DNA from: Bdellovibrionales bacterium
GTDB lineage: Bacteria > Bdellovibrionota > Bdellovibrionia > Bdellovibrionales > UBA1609
Reading direction: 5' to 3'
Assembly: GCA_965219095.1 (NCBI GenBank)
Contig: CBDCMT010000001.1
Location: 896,001-960,000 of the forward strand
DNA length: 64,000 nucleotides
Part shown: positions 31,908 through 41,586 of the stretch, piece by piece
How positions within the stretch are numbered: the first letter of the stretch is position 1
How the letters are laid out: every line of letters starts with the position of its first letter
The notes under the pieces: generated by a model
Database searches by the model: none
What the model was told of the DNA's origin: nothing
Seen by the model: only the letters and a program-made list of their open reading frames with translations
Made by a program: the position numbers and the translations under genes

Positions 31908-32897
31908 CTAAGGAGTTTGTTTTTCAAGGTTAGGAGCGAAAACAACTACAAGCTGATGAGGCTTTAAAGAAACCTGTACAAAAGAACCGATTTGGTAGTT
32001 TTGAGAGGAAAAGCAAAGAAGTAAATCCCCTTTTTTTGACTTTAAGGATAACAAATATGAAGCTCCTAAAAAGGATGTGTTTAAAACTTTACACTCTAAA
32101 CCTTGACCTAAGATCAACTGCTCTGGTCTTATAAAAAGCTGAGGCTCTGAAACATCTGTTTTTTGAAAGAGAGGTTGAAAGTTCCCTAAAGAGCAAGAGT
32201 TCTTCTCAAAGCTTTTAAGAAAAAATCCTGTCCCTAAAAGTTGTGCTACAAAGGGATGTTGTGGTTTTTGGTAAACTTCCTGAGGAAGACCTTTTTGAAG
32301 GAGCCGTCCTTTTTTCATAATACCTATGGTTTGAGCTAAGTTAAAAGCCTCTTGTTGAGAGTGAGTGACAAACAAAACTGTCTTTTTTTCTTTCTTAAAG
32401 AGCCGTTTTAAAGTGAAAGCTAAATCCTTTTTGTTATGTTTATCGATGTGAGAAAAAGGTTCATCTAAGAGCAAAAGATCATATGAGGAGTTTAAGGTGC
32501 GAGCTAGAGCTACTTTTTGACCTTCTCCTCCTGAAATTTCATGGGGGTATTTATAAAGAAGGGTCTCTAAGCTTAGGCTTTCTATTAAATAAGAGGGACA
32601 CTTTTTTTTAATTTCAAGGTTTTCTAGAACATTCAAGTGGGGGAATAAATTGAGTTCTTGAAACACAAAACCTAAATTTCTTTTATAACAAGCTTTATTT
32701 TTTACATAAGAGCCTCTTAAAAAGATCTCCCCTCTATCATAGACTTCTAAACCTGCTATAAGTCTCAAAACGCTTGTTTTTCCCGAACCACTTTCTCCTA
32801 AAAGACAAGCTATTTCTTCTTTTTTAAGACAAAAGGAAATATTTAAAAGAGTGGGTTTTGTATCATAGGAAAAACAAACATTTTCAAACTTTAACAT
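31908..32897 (-). CDS. Fe3+ ABC transporter ATP-binding protein
   Basis: GESGSGKT, ISGGE, LLLDEPFS; operon context. Confidence 0.85.
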   Translation of the reverse strand: MLKFENVCFSYDTKPTLLNISFCLKKEEIACLLGESGSGKTSVLRLIAGLEVYDRGEIFLRGSYVKNKACYKRNLGFVFQELNLFPHLNVLENLEIKKKCPSYLIESLSLETLLYKYPHEISGGEGQKVALARTLNSSYDLLLLDEPFSHIDKHNKKDLAFTLKRLFKKEKKTVLFVTHSQQEAFNLAQTIGIMKKGRLLQKGLPQEVYQKPQHPFVAQLLGTGFFLKSFEKNSCSLGNFQPLFQKTDVSEPQLFIRPEQLILGQGLECKVLNTSFLGASYLLSLKSKKGDLLLCFSSQNYQIGSFVQVSLKPHQLVVVFAPNLEKQTP

Positions 32898-34423
32898 TTA
32901 CACTCTCTTTACTTTCCAGCAGACTAAAAACGTTAAGACTACAATGCATAAAGAAAAAGGAGCTGCTCTCTCCCACTCTCCCTCAGAAGTAAGTTCAAAA
33001 ATTTTAGCTGATAAAGGGCTCCATCCAGAAGGCCTCATCATCAAAGTCATGGGCATTTCTTTTAAAATCTCTATAAAAACCAAAACGAAAGCCAATCTAT
33101 AAGTCGATTTTAACAAAGGAATCTGCAAACGAAAAAACACCTTAAAAGGTCGAAGTCCTAAGAGCATAGCTCCTTCATCTAAAGACCATTTAAGACGTTC
33201 AAAACCAGCTTCTAAAGGCTTCATTCCCACCATTAAAAATCTTAAAGAAAAGCCTAAAAACAAAGCTATTAAAGATGTAAGAGAAGCCCAAGAACTTAAT
33301 TTCAAAACACTCACAGCCCACACCGTTCCCGGTATTCCATAACCTAAGATAGATATTTTTACCAAAGTCTTTAAAACTATATTCTTTTTCCTTATAAACC
33401 ATCTTTGTGTGAAGCTAAAAACTAAACTTAGAACAATGACTATAAAGGCTCCTATGCTTCCTAAAAAGCAAGATTGAAAAAAAGAGTTAACATACTCTAT
33501 GTCAAAAGACTTTCCCCAACTCCAAAAAACAAGTTGTAAAAGAGGAAATCCAAAACTTAAAAACAATAAAACACTTAAGAACAAAAAAACAAATACTCCC
33601 TTTAACCCAGAAAGTTTTTTCAAAGGAGTTTGGAAGCCTTGAGTATCTGTTGTGAAGCGAGCTTTTTTAAGAGCCTTTTCGCAAGAAAAAATCATAAAAA
33701 GTGAAATTAAAATAAGAGAAAGTGAAATCTGGGCTGAAATTTCCCATGAAAAAAAATCATACCAAGCATGATAGATCACCACACTCAAAGACCTGTAGTT
33801 AAAAAGTGAACTAGCTCCAAAGTCACTAATCACATCAAGACTTACAATTAAAAGCCCTGTCATAATCCAGGGTTTATGAGAAGGTAAAACGAGTTTAAAA
33901 AAACTTTTACCTTCAGAAAAACCTAAGCTCTGAGCCGTTTCTAAACACCTCATCCCATAACTTTTGAAAGCTCTAGAACATATAAAATACACATAGGGAA
34001 AAAGAGACAAGCTCATCACAAAAGAAAGGCCAAACAAATTGTTAACAGGAAAAAAAATATCATATCCATTCTGTCTTAAAAAGCTAAAAAAAGCTCCTGA
34101 ATGAGAGAAAAATCCTAAATAAATAAAAGCTAAAACATAGGAAGGAAAGGCCAAGGGAAGGATGAGGCTTTTTGCAAAGAAATGACGTCCTAAAAAAGAG
34201 TATCTAGCACAAAACCAAGCCGATGACACTCCGAAGATAAGGCTTAAAGACCCTACAATTAAGACGAGAAAGAAAGTGTTCCTAAACGCTTGAGGTAAAA
34301 TGTTAGTTAAAAACAAATTCCAGAGATGAGAGGGTTCAAAAAGAGAGTAAAAAAGAGGAAAGAGAGCTGTAAAAACTAAGAGTGAAAAAAAAACAAAAAA
34401 CTTCGAAAAATAATTTTAGTCAT
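32898..34423 (-). CDS. Fe3+ ABC transporter permease; natural start at 34423 is out of frame by one base in a T9 tract
   Basis: LPLAFPSYVLA, DFGA, LKEMP.TL.MRP; hydrophobic N-terminal extension continues across 34385-34393. Confidence 0.85.
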
Positions 34424-35465
34424 AATGAACTTCATGCATTAAGCTTACAGCTTGAAGTTGGTGTTTTGCTATGTCTTGAAGACGAAAGGACTCATTAACT
34501 TTGATGTTATGGCTGAAAGAATCCAAAAGAACGTGTTCATGTTCAGTGTAAAACAAAGGGTATTCTAAATTTGCGTGAGCGAAAATTTTTTGTGCTTGAG
34601 GAGAAAAAAGCCATTTCACAAATTGTTTTGCTTCGAGATTCCTTTTTGACTGCGTTAAAATACCCACTCCTGAAATGTTCACATGAACCCCCATACTATC
34701 TTGGGGCCAAAAAACTTTTAACGTTTCAGAGATTTTAGAATCTTGCTTTAACAAACGCCCATAGTAATATGAGTTGGCTATCCCTACATCACATTGACCT
34801 GAACTGATAGCTTTGAGTAGGAGTGTGTCACTTGTAAAAACTTTTGTCGCTAGATTTTTCATCCAGTTTTTTAAAACTTGTTTTGTCTTTTCCTCACCCC
34901 AGGCTAAAAGAAAAAACGCCACAAGGGATTGGTTATAAACTTTTTTAGAAGTTCTCAGACAAAGACGGTTTTTAAACTTCGAAGATCCTAGGTTTTCATA
35001 ATTAACAATCTCTAGAGGAGAGAGTTTTTTAGGGTTATAGAAAATAGAACGTGCTCTTAGGGACACACCAAACCAATACCCCTCATCATCCCTTAAGTGT
35101 TCAGGAACAAGATCTAAAAACTTTTTTTGCGGGCTTAGAAGCCCTTTTTCTTTAGCGAAGTCCAAATAGCCTGCGTCAACGGTCATAAAAACATCAGCCT
35201 TAAGGTTTTGGTTTTTAAGTTTTTCAATCAAGCTAGGAGCTTTGTCTGTATGAACTTTAAATGATACATGAGAGTTTTTTTCTTTGTAGGCCTTCAATAC
35301 AGGCTTTAAAAGCTCTGTGTTTCTTTCTGAGTAAATTACTAGACTGTATTTTTGGGTCTTAGAATCGCCAGCTTGTAAAAAAACCCGAGCCTGGCCCATA
35401 AAAAAAGATAAAAAAAGAGCTAATCCGCTGAAAACAATGAGGAAAAAAGTATTTCGGTAAAGTAT
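34416..35465 (-). CDS. Fe3+ ABC transporter substrate-binding protein (FbpA/FutA-like)
   Basis: IYSER, ADVFMTVDAG, YNQSLVA, IANSYYYGR, HVNISG; signal peptide lies upstream of ATG 35399, beginning at ATA 35465. Confidence 0.88.
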   Translation of the reverse strand: MLYRNTFFLIVFSGLALFLSFFMGQARVFLQAGDSKTQKYSLVIYSERNTELLKPVLKAYKEKNSHVSFKVHTDKAPSLIEKLKNQNLKADVFMTVDAGYLDFAKEKGLLSPQKKFLDLVPEHLRDDEGYWFGVSLRARSIFYNPKKLSPLEIVNYENLGSSKFKNRLCLRTSKKVYNQSLVAFFLLAWGEEKTKQVLKNWMKNLATKVFTSDTLLLKAISSGQCDVGIANSYYYGRLLKQDSKISETLKVFWPQDSMGVHVNISGVGILTQSKRNLEAKQFVKWLFSPQAQKIFAHANLEYPLFYTEHEHVLLDSFSHNIKVNESFRLQDIAKHQLQAVSLMHEVHYD

Positions 35466-35520
35466 AAAAGGTCCTTTCTCTTGTTAATCTCAAGTTTTTG
35501 GAGGCTCTAAACCCCTTCTA

Positions 35521-35541
35521 ATTGAAATTAAGTTTCACTTT
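35521..35541. promoter_or_regulatory. Fur-box-like palindrome
   Basis: AATTGAAATTAAGTTTCACTT (TGAAA-N5-TTTCA) upstream of the Fe3+ uptake operon. Confidence 0.55.
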
Positions 35542-35660
35542 CAAAAATCACTATTAGGAAGAAAAAAGTCAATAAAGATTTTGTTATAAAAATCAAATGA
35601 TAGAGAAATGAAAACATTTTGAACTTGACTTTTAAGGTTCCTTGTATGAAATTCAGCTTC

Positions 35661-36281
35661 ATGAGACAAGCTCGTTTTAAAGTGCAAAGACGTCTGGGAG
35701 GGGAGCTTCCTGGGCTAGGAAAACCAGGGGCTTTGGGGCGCCGTCCCTATCCCCCTGGAGAAAATGGCAATAAAAGGCGTAAATACTCTGACTATGCCCT
35801 CCGCATGGAAGAGAAGCAAAAAATAAGGCATCACTACGTTCTCAAAGAACGACAACTTAGACGCTTCATTCGCAACTCCAAAAAAGGACAAGCCACAACA
35901 GCTTGGATTGACACTCTTATAGGTCTTCTCGAACGTCGCCTTGATAACATTGTCTTTCGTTTAGGTTTTGCTCCCAGCATACGAGCTGCCAGACAGTTAG
36001 TCAGTCATGGACATGTTCTTGTCAATGGAAAAAAACTTGATATTAGTTCTTGTGTTTTAAACCAAGATGATGAAGTCACCTTAAGAGACAAATCTTATGA
36101 ACATCAATCTGTAATTTATGCTCAACAAAACCCTCGATTCGATGTCCCAGATTATCTAAAAAAAGAAATGCTTAAAGGTAAAGAAGGTGGTGTTATTTTA
36201 TCTATACCAGAAAGAGGGCATGTACCTTTTACTTTTGACGCTAGCCTTTTTACAGAATACTATGCTGCTAGAAAAGTTTAA
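35661..36281 (+). CDS. rpsD: 30S ribosomal protein S4 (stand-alone, no zinc-binding cysteines)
   Basis: RRPYPPG, SDY..R..EKQK, LERRLDNIVFRLGFA, ARQLVSHGH. Confidence 0.95.
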   Translation: MRQARFKVQRRLGGELPGLGKPGALGRRPYPPGENGNKRRKYSDYALRMEEKQKIRHHYVLKERQLRRFIRNSKKGQATTAWIDTLIGLLERRLDNIVFRLGFAPSIRAARQLVSHGHVLVNGKKLDISSCVLNQDDEVTLRDKSYEHQSVIYAQQNPRFDVPDYLKKEMLKGKEGGVILSIPERGHVPFTFDASLFTEYYAARKV

Positions 36282-36470
36282 AAGTTTGTGACAATTTTTG
36301 TCACCAGTGTTTAACAATTTTTGTTACTTTCCAAATTGTAAAAGGTTCAATTCTGAACAATGAGGAGTAAATATGGCATGTTTTTTGCAAGACTTTATTA
36401 TAAGAAGGTTAAAAGTCTTTGCCTATAAGAAATAAATAAGACTAAAAAATAAAACAAAGGAGAGGAAAAA

Positions 36471-37472
36471 ATGAACCAAATCAGAACACTAGTCAAAAAA
36501 CTAAAAATGATAATAAAACAAACGAGATATTTTGTTTTATTAACCCTTATTTTGTGTTTGAACACCTTCGCTGTATCAGTCAAGGCAAACGTATTAAAAG
36601 AAAAGAAGGGAGAGGAATTTAAAGAGCAAGCTATTTATTATGGCAATACTCATAAATGCAGGATAGCAGAGCCTATTGAAGGAGAAAATAGCTCTGATAT
36701 TTTGTGTTCCAAAAACCCCAAGACAAGCACGTTAAAAGAAAAGAAGGGAGAGGAATTTGAAGAGCAAGCTATTATTTATTATGGCGATACTCATAAATGC
36801 AGGATAGCAGAGCCTATTGAAGGAGAAAATAGCTCTGGTATTTTGTGTTTCAAAAACCCCAAGACAAGCACGTTAAAAGAAAAGAAGGGAGAGGGATTTG
36901 AAGAGCCAACTATTTATATAAGTAGCGATATTTATAAGTGCAGGATAGCAGAGCCTGGTATTTTGTGTTTCAAAAACTTCAAGACAAGCACGTTAAAGGA
37001 TATCTATTATGGCGATTATAAATGCAGGATAGCAGAGTCTGTTGAAGGAGAAAATAGCTCTGATATTTTGTGTTCCAAAAACCCCAAGACAAGCACGTTA
37101 AAAGAAAAGAAGGGAGAGGAATTTAAAGAGCAAGCTATTTATTATGGCAATACTCATAAATGCAGGATAGCAGAGCCTATTGAAGGAGAAAATAGCTCTG
37201 ATATTTTGTGTTCCAAAAACCCCAAGACAAGCACGTTAAAAGAAAAGAAGGGAGAGGGATTTGAAGAGCCAACTATTTATATAAGTAGCGATATTTATAA
37301 GTGCAGGATAGCAGAGCCTGGTATTTTGTGTTTCAAAAACTTCAAGACAAGCACGTTAAAGGATATCTATTATGGCGATTATAAATGCAGGATAGCAGAG
37401 TCTGTTGAAGGAGAAAATAGCTCTGATATTTTGTGTTCCAAAAAGAGGGAAAAAAAAGGCAGGTTTAGATAA
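36471..37472 (+). CDS. Secreted tandem-repeat protein with seven Cys-pair units
   Basis: Signal-like FVLLTLILCLNTFAVSVKA then repeats of YY..KCRIAE...ILC.KN.KTST. Confidence 0.8.
   Translation: MNQIRTLVKKLKMIIKQTRYFVLLTLILCLNTFAVSVKANVLKEKKGEEFKEQAIYYGNTHKCRIAEPIEGENSSDILCSKNPKTSTLKEKKGEEFEEQAIIYYGDTHKCRIAEPIEGENSSGILCFKNPKTSTLKEKKGEGFEEPTIYISSDIYKCRIAEPGILCFKNFKTSTLKDIYYGDYKCRIAESVEGENSSDILCSKNPKTSTLKEKKGEEFKEQAIYYGNTHKCRIAEPIEGENSSDILCSKNPKTSTLKEKKGEGFEEPTIYISSDIYKCRIAEPGILCFKNFKTSTLKDIYYGDYKCRIAESVEGENSSDILCSKKREKKGRFR
36594..37443 (+). repeat. Seven imperfect coding repeats (105-141 bp) with a 363-bp higher-order duplication
   Basis: Units of 46, 47, 40, 35, 46, 40 and about 30 aa; AAGAGCCAAC at 36901 and 37264. 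Confidence 0.92.
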
Positions 37473-37486
37473 AACTAACCTGCCTT
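37451..37486 (-). terminator. Intrinsic terminator of rnpB (possibly bidirectional)
   Basis: Hairpin AAGGCAGGTT.AG / CTAACCTGCCTT with A-run on the left (U-tract on minus strand). Confidence 0.7.
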
Positions 37487-37496
37487 AAATGGCTGT

Positions 37497-37832
37497 GAAG
37501 GCGATTTATAAGCCGGATTCTGTACTTTCTTGAGTTTTGCCAAAACTCAAGAAAGCTGTGTTCATTCATCTGAGAATAAAGTTACCTCTACTCTTCAAGC
37601 GATCGACCCGAAAACTTGTGCTGGCTACACTTACAAACGTTTTCCTATTTGATCTTGCTCCATGCAGAGTTTAGCTGATTTCACTCTAGCAGTTTTAATA
37701 AAAACCCTAGACATACTTTCTGTTCCACTAGTCCTCACCTCAGGGTGGGGGGGCGTTACCCCCTGCAATGCCATAAGGAGTCCGGACTTTCCTCCCTACA
37801 CAAAAATGTAGAGCAAACACATAATCACCTCC
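37497..37832 (-). ncRNA. rnpB: RNase P RNA (class A)
   Basis: rc GAGGAAAGTCCGGAC near 5' end, AGAATCCGGCTTA near 3' end, P1 pairing GGAGGTGATT / AATCGCCTTC; downstream of rnhA. Confidence 0.95.
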
Positions 37833-37857
37833 TAAGATGAAAGCCTATCATAAGAAT

Positions 37858-38298
37858 TTACAAAAAGCCATCTAAAATTTGATTGGCTAACTCATCAGCA
37901 CGAGTGTTCTCTTCTCTTGGAATGTGGTAAAATTCAATATAGGGAATACGTTCGATAAACTGTCTGCATTCCAAAAAAATAGGTTTTAAATGAGAGGCTT
38001 TGACCTTATATTTCCCTTGGATTTGACGAATTAAAAGCTGACTGTCGGTTTTTAAAGTAACCTTTTTAAGTGTGTTTTTTTGTAAACTTGCAAGCTCTAA
38101 AGCTGTTCTTACACCTAAGTACTCGGCTACGTTGTTTGTTGCTTTGCCCACCTTATGGGCTAGTTCTAAAACAGTTTCCCCCTTCTTTGATAACACAACA
38201 ACTCCAAAAGCAGAAGGGCCGGGATTACCACGACTGGCTCCATCTGTGTAGATGGCAACCTCAGAAGGCCAGACTTTTAAAAGTTCATTTTTCCACAT
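37858..38298 (-). CDS. rnhA: Ribonuclease HI family protein
   Basis: YTDGASRGNPG, TNNVAEY, DSQL, HIPREEN.RAD.LAN. Confidence 0.92.
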   Translation of the reverse strand: MWKNELLKVWPSEVAIYTDGASRGNPGPSAFGVVVLSKKGETVLELAHKVGKATNNVAEYLGVRTALELASLQKNTLKKVTLKTDSQLLIRQIQGKYKVKASHLKPIFLECRQFIERIPYIEFYHIPREENTRADELANQILDGFL

Positions 38299-38386
38299 GA
38301 TTTTAGACTAAAAATTCTCTACATTATTGTCCATTTGCAACACATGTAGACATAATGAAAATTATTCTATAATTTGAACTTAACAA

Positions 38387-40405
38387 ATGAAGTCTTTAGA
38401 AAAAAATAAAAAACTAATTCAACATAAAGATGTTCGAATTGATCCTTATTATTGGATGAAGAGAAGAGATGATACTTATGTCTTAAAGTTTTTAAATGAA
38501 GAGAATCAAAAAGTTGAAAAGGCCTTAGAAAGCGTTAAACCTTTGCGGAAAGAACTTTTTCAAGAAATGAAAGGTCGTATCGTAAAAGAGGACATCACAG
38601 TTCCTATAAAAAGAGGTTTTTTTTACTACTATATAAAGTACACAAAAAGCAAAGAATATCCTATATACTGTCGTAAAAAGGGTTCTCTTAAAGCTAAAGA
38701 AGAGGTTTTCTTAGATGTGAACTTCCTAGCAAAAGGTCATTCTTACTTTCAAGTTATTGCTGTAACTATGAGCGACGATCACAGCATGGTATCTTTTGCT
38801 GTGGATACAGTGGGAAGGAGAATTTACACCCTTTATTTTAAAGATCTGAAAAAAAGGAGAATCTTAAATACAAAAATTAAGGACGTAACCGGAAACCATG
38901 TTTGGACTCATGATAACAAGACTCTCTTTTTTACAGATTTAGATAAAACAATCTTGAGACATGATAAAGTGTATCGCTACAACTTAAAAACCAACAAAAA
39001 AACTCTTGTCTATACTGAAAAGGATAAAAGTTTTTTTGTAAATTTAAGTAAGTCAAAAACCAAAAAGTACATTTATATTGAATCCATTGCTAAAGAATGG
39101 AATGAAACACAGTACATAGAAGCAAACAAGCCTTATGGAAAATTTCAAATCTTTCAAGAAAGAAAGCCAAAGCTTGAGTATTTTGTAAGCCATGGAGAGA
39201 ATTGTTTTTTTATTTTAAATAACCAAAAGGCTAAAAATTTTAAAATATCGAAAACTCAAGAAAACAAAACAGATATAAAGCACTGGAAGCCTTGGCTTAA
39301 ACACAGAAAAGATGTGTTTCTAGAGAGTTTTGAAGTTTTTAAGGATTTTTTAGTTATTGATACAAAAGAAAAAGGTCTTTCTGAAATTTCTATTATTTTC
39401 AGAAAGAACAAGAAAATTAGAAAGCTTAAGTTTAAAGAAAAAACTTATATGGCACATTCTTTAGGTCATCCTGAGTACAATTCATTGAAATTTCATTATA
39501 GTTTTGAATCACTTAATACACCTCCTTCTGTTTTTGAGTGTAATGTGAAGACTTTAAAATCTAGATTAAAGAAAAAAGTCAAAGTTCTAGGAGGTTTTCG
39601 TTCCTCTTCTTATAAAACAGAAAGACTCTGGGCAAAAGGACATGATAATACTTTTATTCCTATCTCTTTAGTTTACAATAAACGTTTCAAAAGAAATAAG
39701 AACAGACCTCTTCTTCTGTATGGCTATGGAGCTTATGGTATTAGTTCGGAACCTTATTTTAGCTCTTCGAGATTAAGTCTTTTGAATCGAGGTTTTGTGT
39801 TTGCTATAGCCCACGTACGTGGAGGCTCAGAGATGGGAGTTAAATGGTATGAAAAAGGAAAAAAGCTTTATAAGAAAAATACTTTTTATGATTTCATCTC
39901 TTGTACTGAGTATTTAATTGAAAAAAAATACACATCCTCTGAACATCTCTATGCTTACGGAGGAAGTGCAGGAGGACTTCTTATGGGAGCTATCAGCAAT
40001 ATGAGATCTGATTTGTTTCATGGCATCATTGCAGCAGTTCCTTTTGTAGATGTCCTAACAACTATGCTTGATGATAGTATCCCCTTGACAACTATTGAAT
40101 ACGAAGAGTGGGGTAACCCTCATAAGAAGAAATACTACAATTATATAAAATCTTATTCTCCTTATGATAAGGTCAAGGCCCAAGACTATCCTCATTTTCT
40201 TATCCTTTCAGGCTATCATGATTCTCAAGTACAGTACTGGGAGCCTAGCAAGTGGGCTTGTAAATTAAGCTCATATAAAACAAGTGATAGTCTTGTTCTT
40301 CTAAAAACTAACATGGAGGCTGGTCATTCAGGATCTACGGGGAGATTTAAGTATTTAGAAGAAATAGCTCTTATGTGGGCTTTTTTAATTTACTTAGAAA
40401 AATAG
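38387..40405 (+). CDS. ptrB: Oligopeptidase B (S9A)
   Basis: DPYYWM, YGYGAYG, HVRGG, GGSAGG, D.QVQYWEP.KW, AGH. Confidence 0.95.
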   Translation: MKSLEKNKKLIQHKDVRIDPYYWMKRRDDTYVLKFLNEENQKVEKALESVKPLRKELFQEMKGRIVKEDITVPIKRGFFYYYIKYTKSKEYPIYCRKKGSLKAKEEVFLDVNFLAKGHSYFQVIAVTMSDDHSMVSFAVDTVGRRIYTLYFKDLKKRRILNTKIKDVTGNHVWTHDNKTLFFTDLDKTILRHDKVYRYNLKTNKKTLVYTEKDKSFFVNLSKSKTKKYIYIESIAKEWNETQYIEANKPYGKFQIFQERKPKLEYFVSHGENCFFILNNQKAKNFKISKTQENKTDIKHWKPWLKHRKDVFLESFEVFKDFLVIDTKEKGLSEISIIFRKNKKIRKLKFKEKTYMAHSLGHPEYNSLKFHYSFESLNTPPSVFECNVKTLKSRLKKKVKVLGGFRSSSYKTERLWAKGHDNTFIPISLVYNKRFKRNKNRPLLLYGYGAYGISSEPYFSSSRLSLLNRGFVFAIAHVRGGSEMGVKWYEKGKKLYKKNTFYDFISCTEYLIEKKYTSSEHLYAYGGSAGGLLMGAISNMRSDLFHGIIAAVPFVDVLTTMLDDSIPLTTIEYEEWGNPHKKKYYNYIKSYSPYDKVKAQDYPHFLILSGYHDSQVQYWEPSKWACKLSSYKTSDSLVLLKTNMEAGHSGSTGRFKYLEEIALMWAFLIYLEK

Positions 40406-40469
40406 CCTCCTCAAAAAAATCTGTGAGTTCCGGAGGTTCTGGCAGTTTTCCAACGCTGTGATATAAGGC
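40405..40469 (-). mobile_element. Degenerate ISL3 right-end remnant
   Basis: Matches rc of 2103..2168 with several substitutions. Confidence 0.8.
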
Positions 40470-40473
40470 CAAT

Positions 40474-41586
40474 TTATTTTACAGTGCTAACTTTAAAAAT
40501 AGGCTCTAAGCATTGGACTGCAGACTTAAGAAGAAACCATGCAAATTTTTGAGAAATCTTTACATCTTGATTGTAAAAAGCAATAAATTCGTCATAAGCT
40601 TGAGCACCTTTGTTTCTCTTAAATCCTCCATTTCCTGCACCTAAATTAACTTTGATTTCTTTTCTTTCTCCTTCCTGGAGAAGGTCTTGAATCAGAGTAG
40701 GATAAAGATTGTTTTTTTGAGGGAGTTCTAAGTCATAGCCAATAAAAACTCCTACAAGAGAACTGCCTCCTTGTTTAAACCCGTAAACAGCATCTATTTT
40801 GTCACCCTTTTTTAAAGTTTTAATTTTTATACTTGAGTTCCTATAAGCTTTAAAGATTTCTTTTGTAAGATGAGGATTATTTTTAAAGTGTTTATTAATG
40901 TAGAGTTGAGAGTAAAGCTTATAAACCCTGTTAACATCTGATTCTTTAAAATCAGAGAAAAAATATCCGCTTTTTTTAAACCTTTTCTTATCTGATTTAA
41001 GAGATTTTCGTGCAGAAATTTCCTGACCTTTACTGTCAACAATATAGGTTGTTCTGTTGTATACAAATTCATAACCTAGCCTCTTAAGATTTTCCATAAG
41101 ATCATAGTTGATGGATTTGTTAAGTGATGGCCATAGAATAATTTTCTTAGGAAATTTCTTTTTAAGAGCAAACGTTATCTCTCTTACTTCATCAAATGTT
41201 AAATCTGAATAAATGTTTTCAGACAGGAGCCAATTGTTCACATAAATAACATCATTAAGGCCACAAAAATGAACAAAAGCTCCTATGAAATCGATAAGGG
41301 GAATAAGAATTTTTTTTCTTCTAGGAAGAAGTGACTTTGCGTAAGAAACATAATGTTCATAGGGGCTACATAAATAACAGTTCTTTTTGTTTCCAGAAGC
41401 TAAAATAATAGGAATGATCTTGTTTTCAATTACAAGAATATAAAAAACCCCTTCTGCATTGGAAATAAAGTGAGAGATACCTTCATTCATTAAGGTTTTA
41501 AGGAAAGGTTTGTCAAGGTGAACTTCTTGTTCTTTAGGCCAGCGAATGTTTTCTAGATTTTCTTTTGAATAAATTTCTATGTCCAT
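40474..41586 (-). CDS. Hypothetical protein, possible GNAT/FemAB-like fold
   Basis: 370-aa ORF; C-terminal GYD...LY..L....NLGAG..GFK..KGA pattern typical of GNAT-like domains. Confidence 0.55.
   Translation of the reverse strand: MDIEIYSKENLENIRWPKEQEVHLDKPFLKTLMNEGISHFISNAEGVFYILVIENKIIPIILASGNKKNCYLCSPYEHYVSYAKSLLPRRKKILIPLIDFIGAFVHFCGLNDVIYVNNWLLSENIYSDLTFDEVREITFALKKKFPKKIILWPSLNKSINYDLMENLKRLGYEFVYNRTTYIVDSKGQEISARKSLKSDKKRFKKSGYFFSDFKESDVNRVYKLYSQLYINKHFKNNPHLTKEIFKAYRNSSIKIKTLKKGDKIDAVYGFKQGGSSLVGVFIGYDLELPQKNNLYPTLIQDLLQEGERKEIKVNLGAGNGGFKRNKGAQAYDEFIAFYNQDVKISQKFAWFLLKSAVQCLEPIFKVSTVK

Noticed and set aside
36481..36492. TCAGAACACTAG matching the IS630 end inside the repeat-gene start
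   Set aside because: Only 12 bp with no other IS sequence; may be chance
36594..37443. CRISPR-like appearance of recurring TGCAGGATAGCAGAG
   Set aside because: Intervening sequences are themselves repeated, all units keep one reading frame, and no cas genes are present
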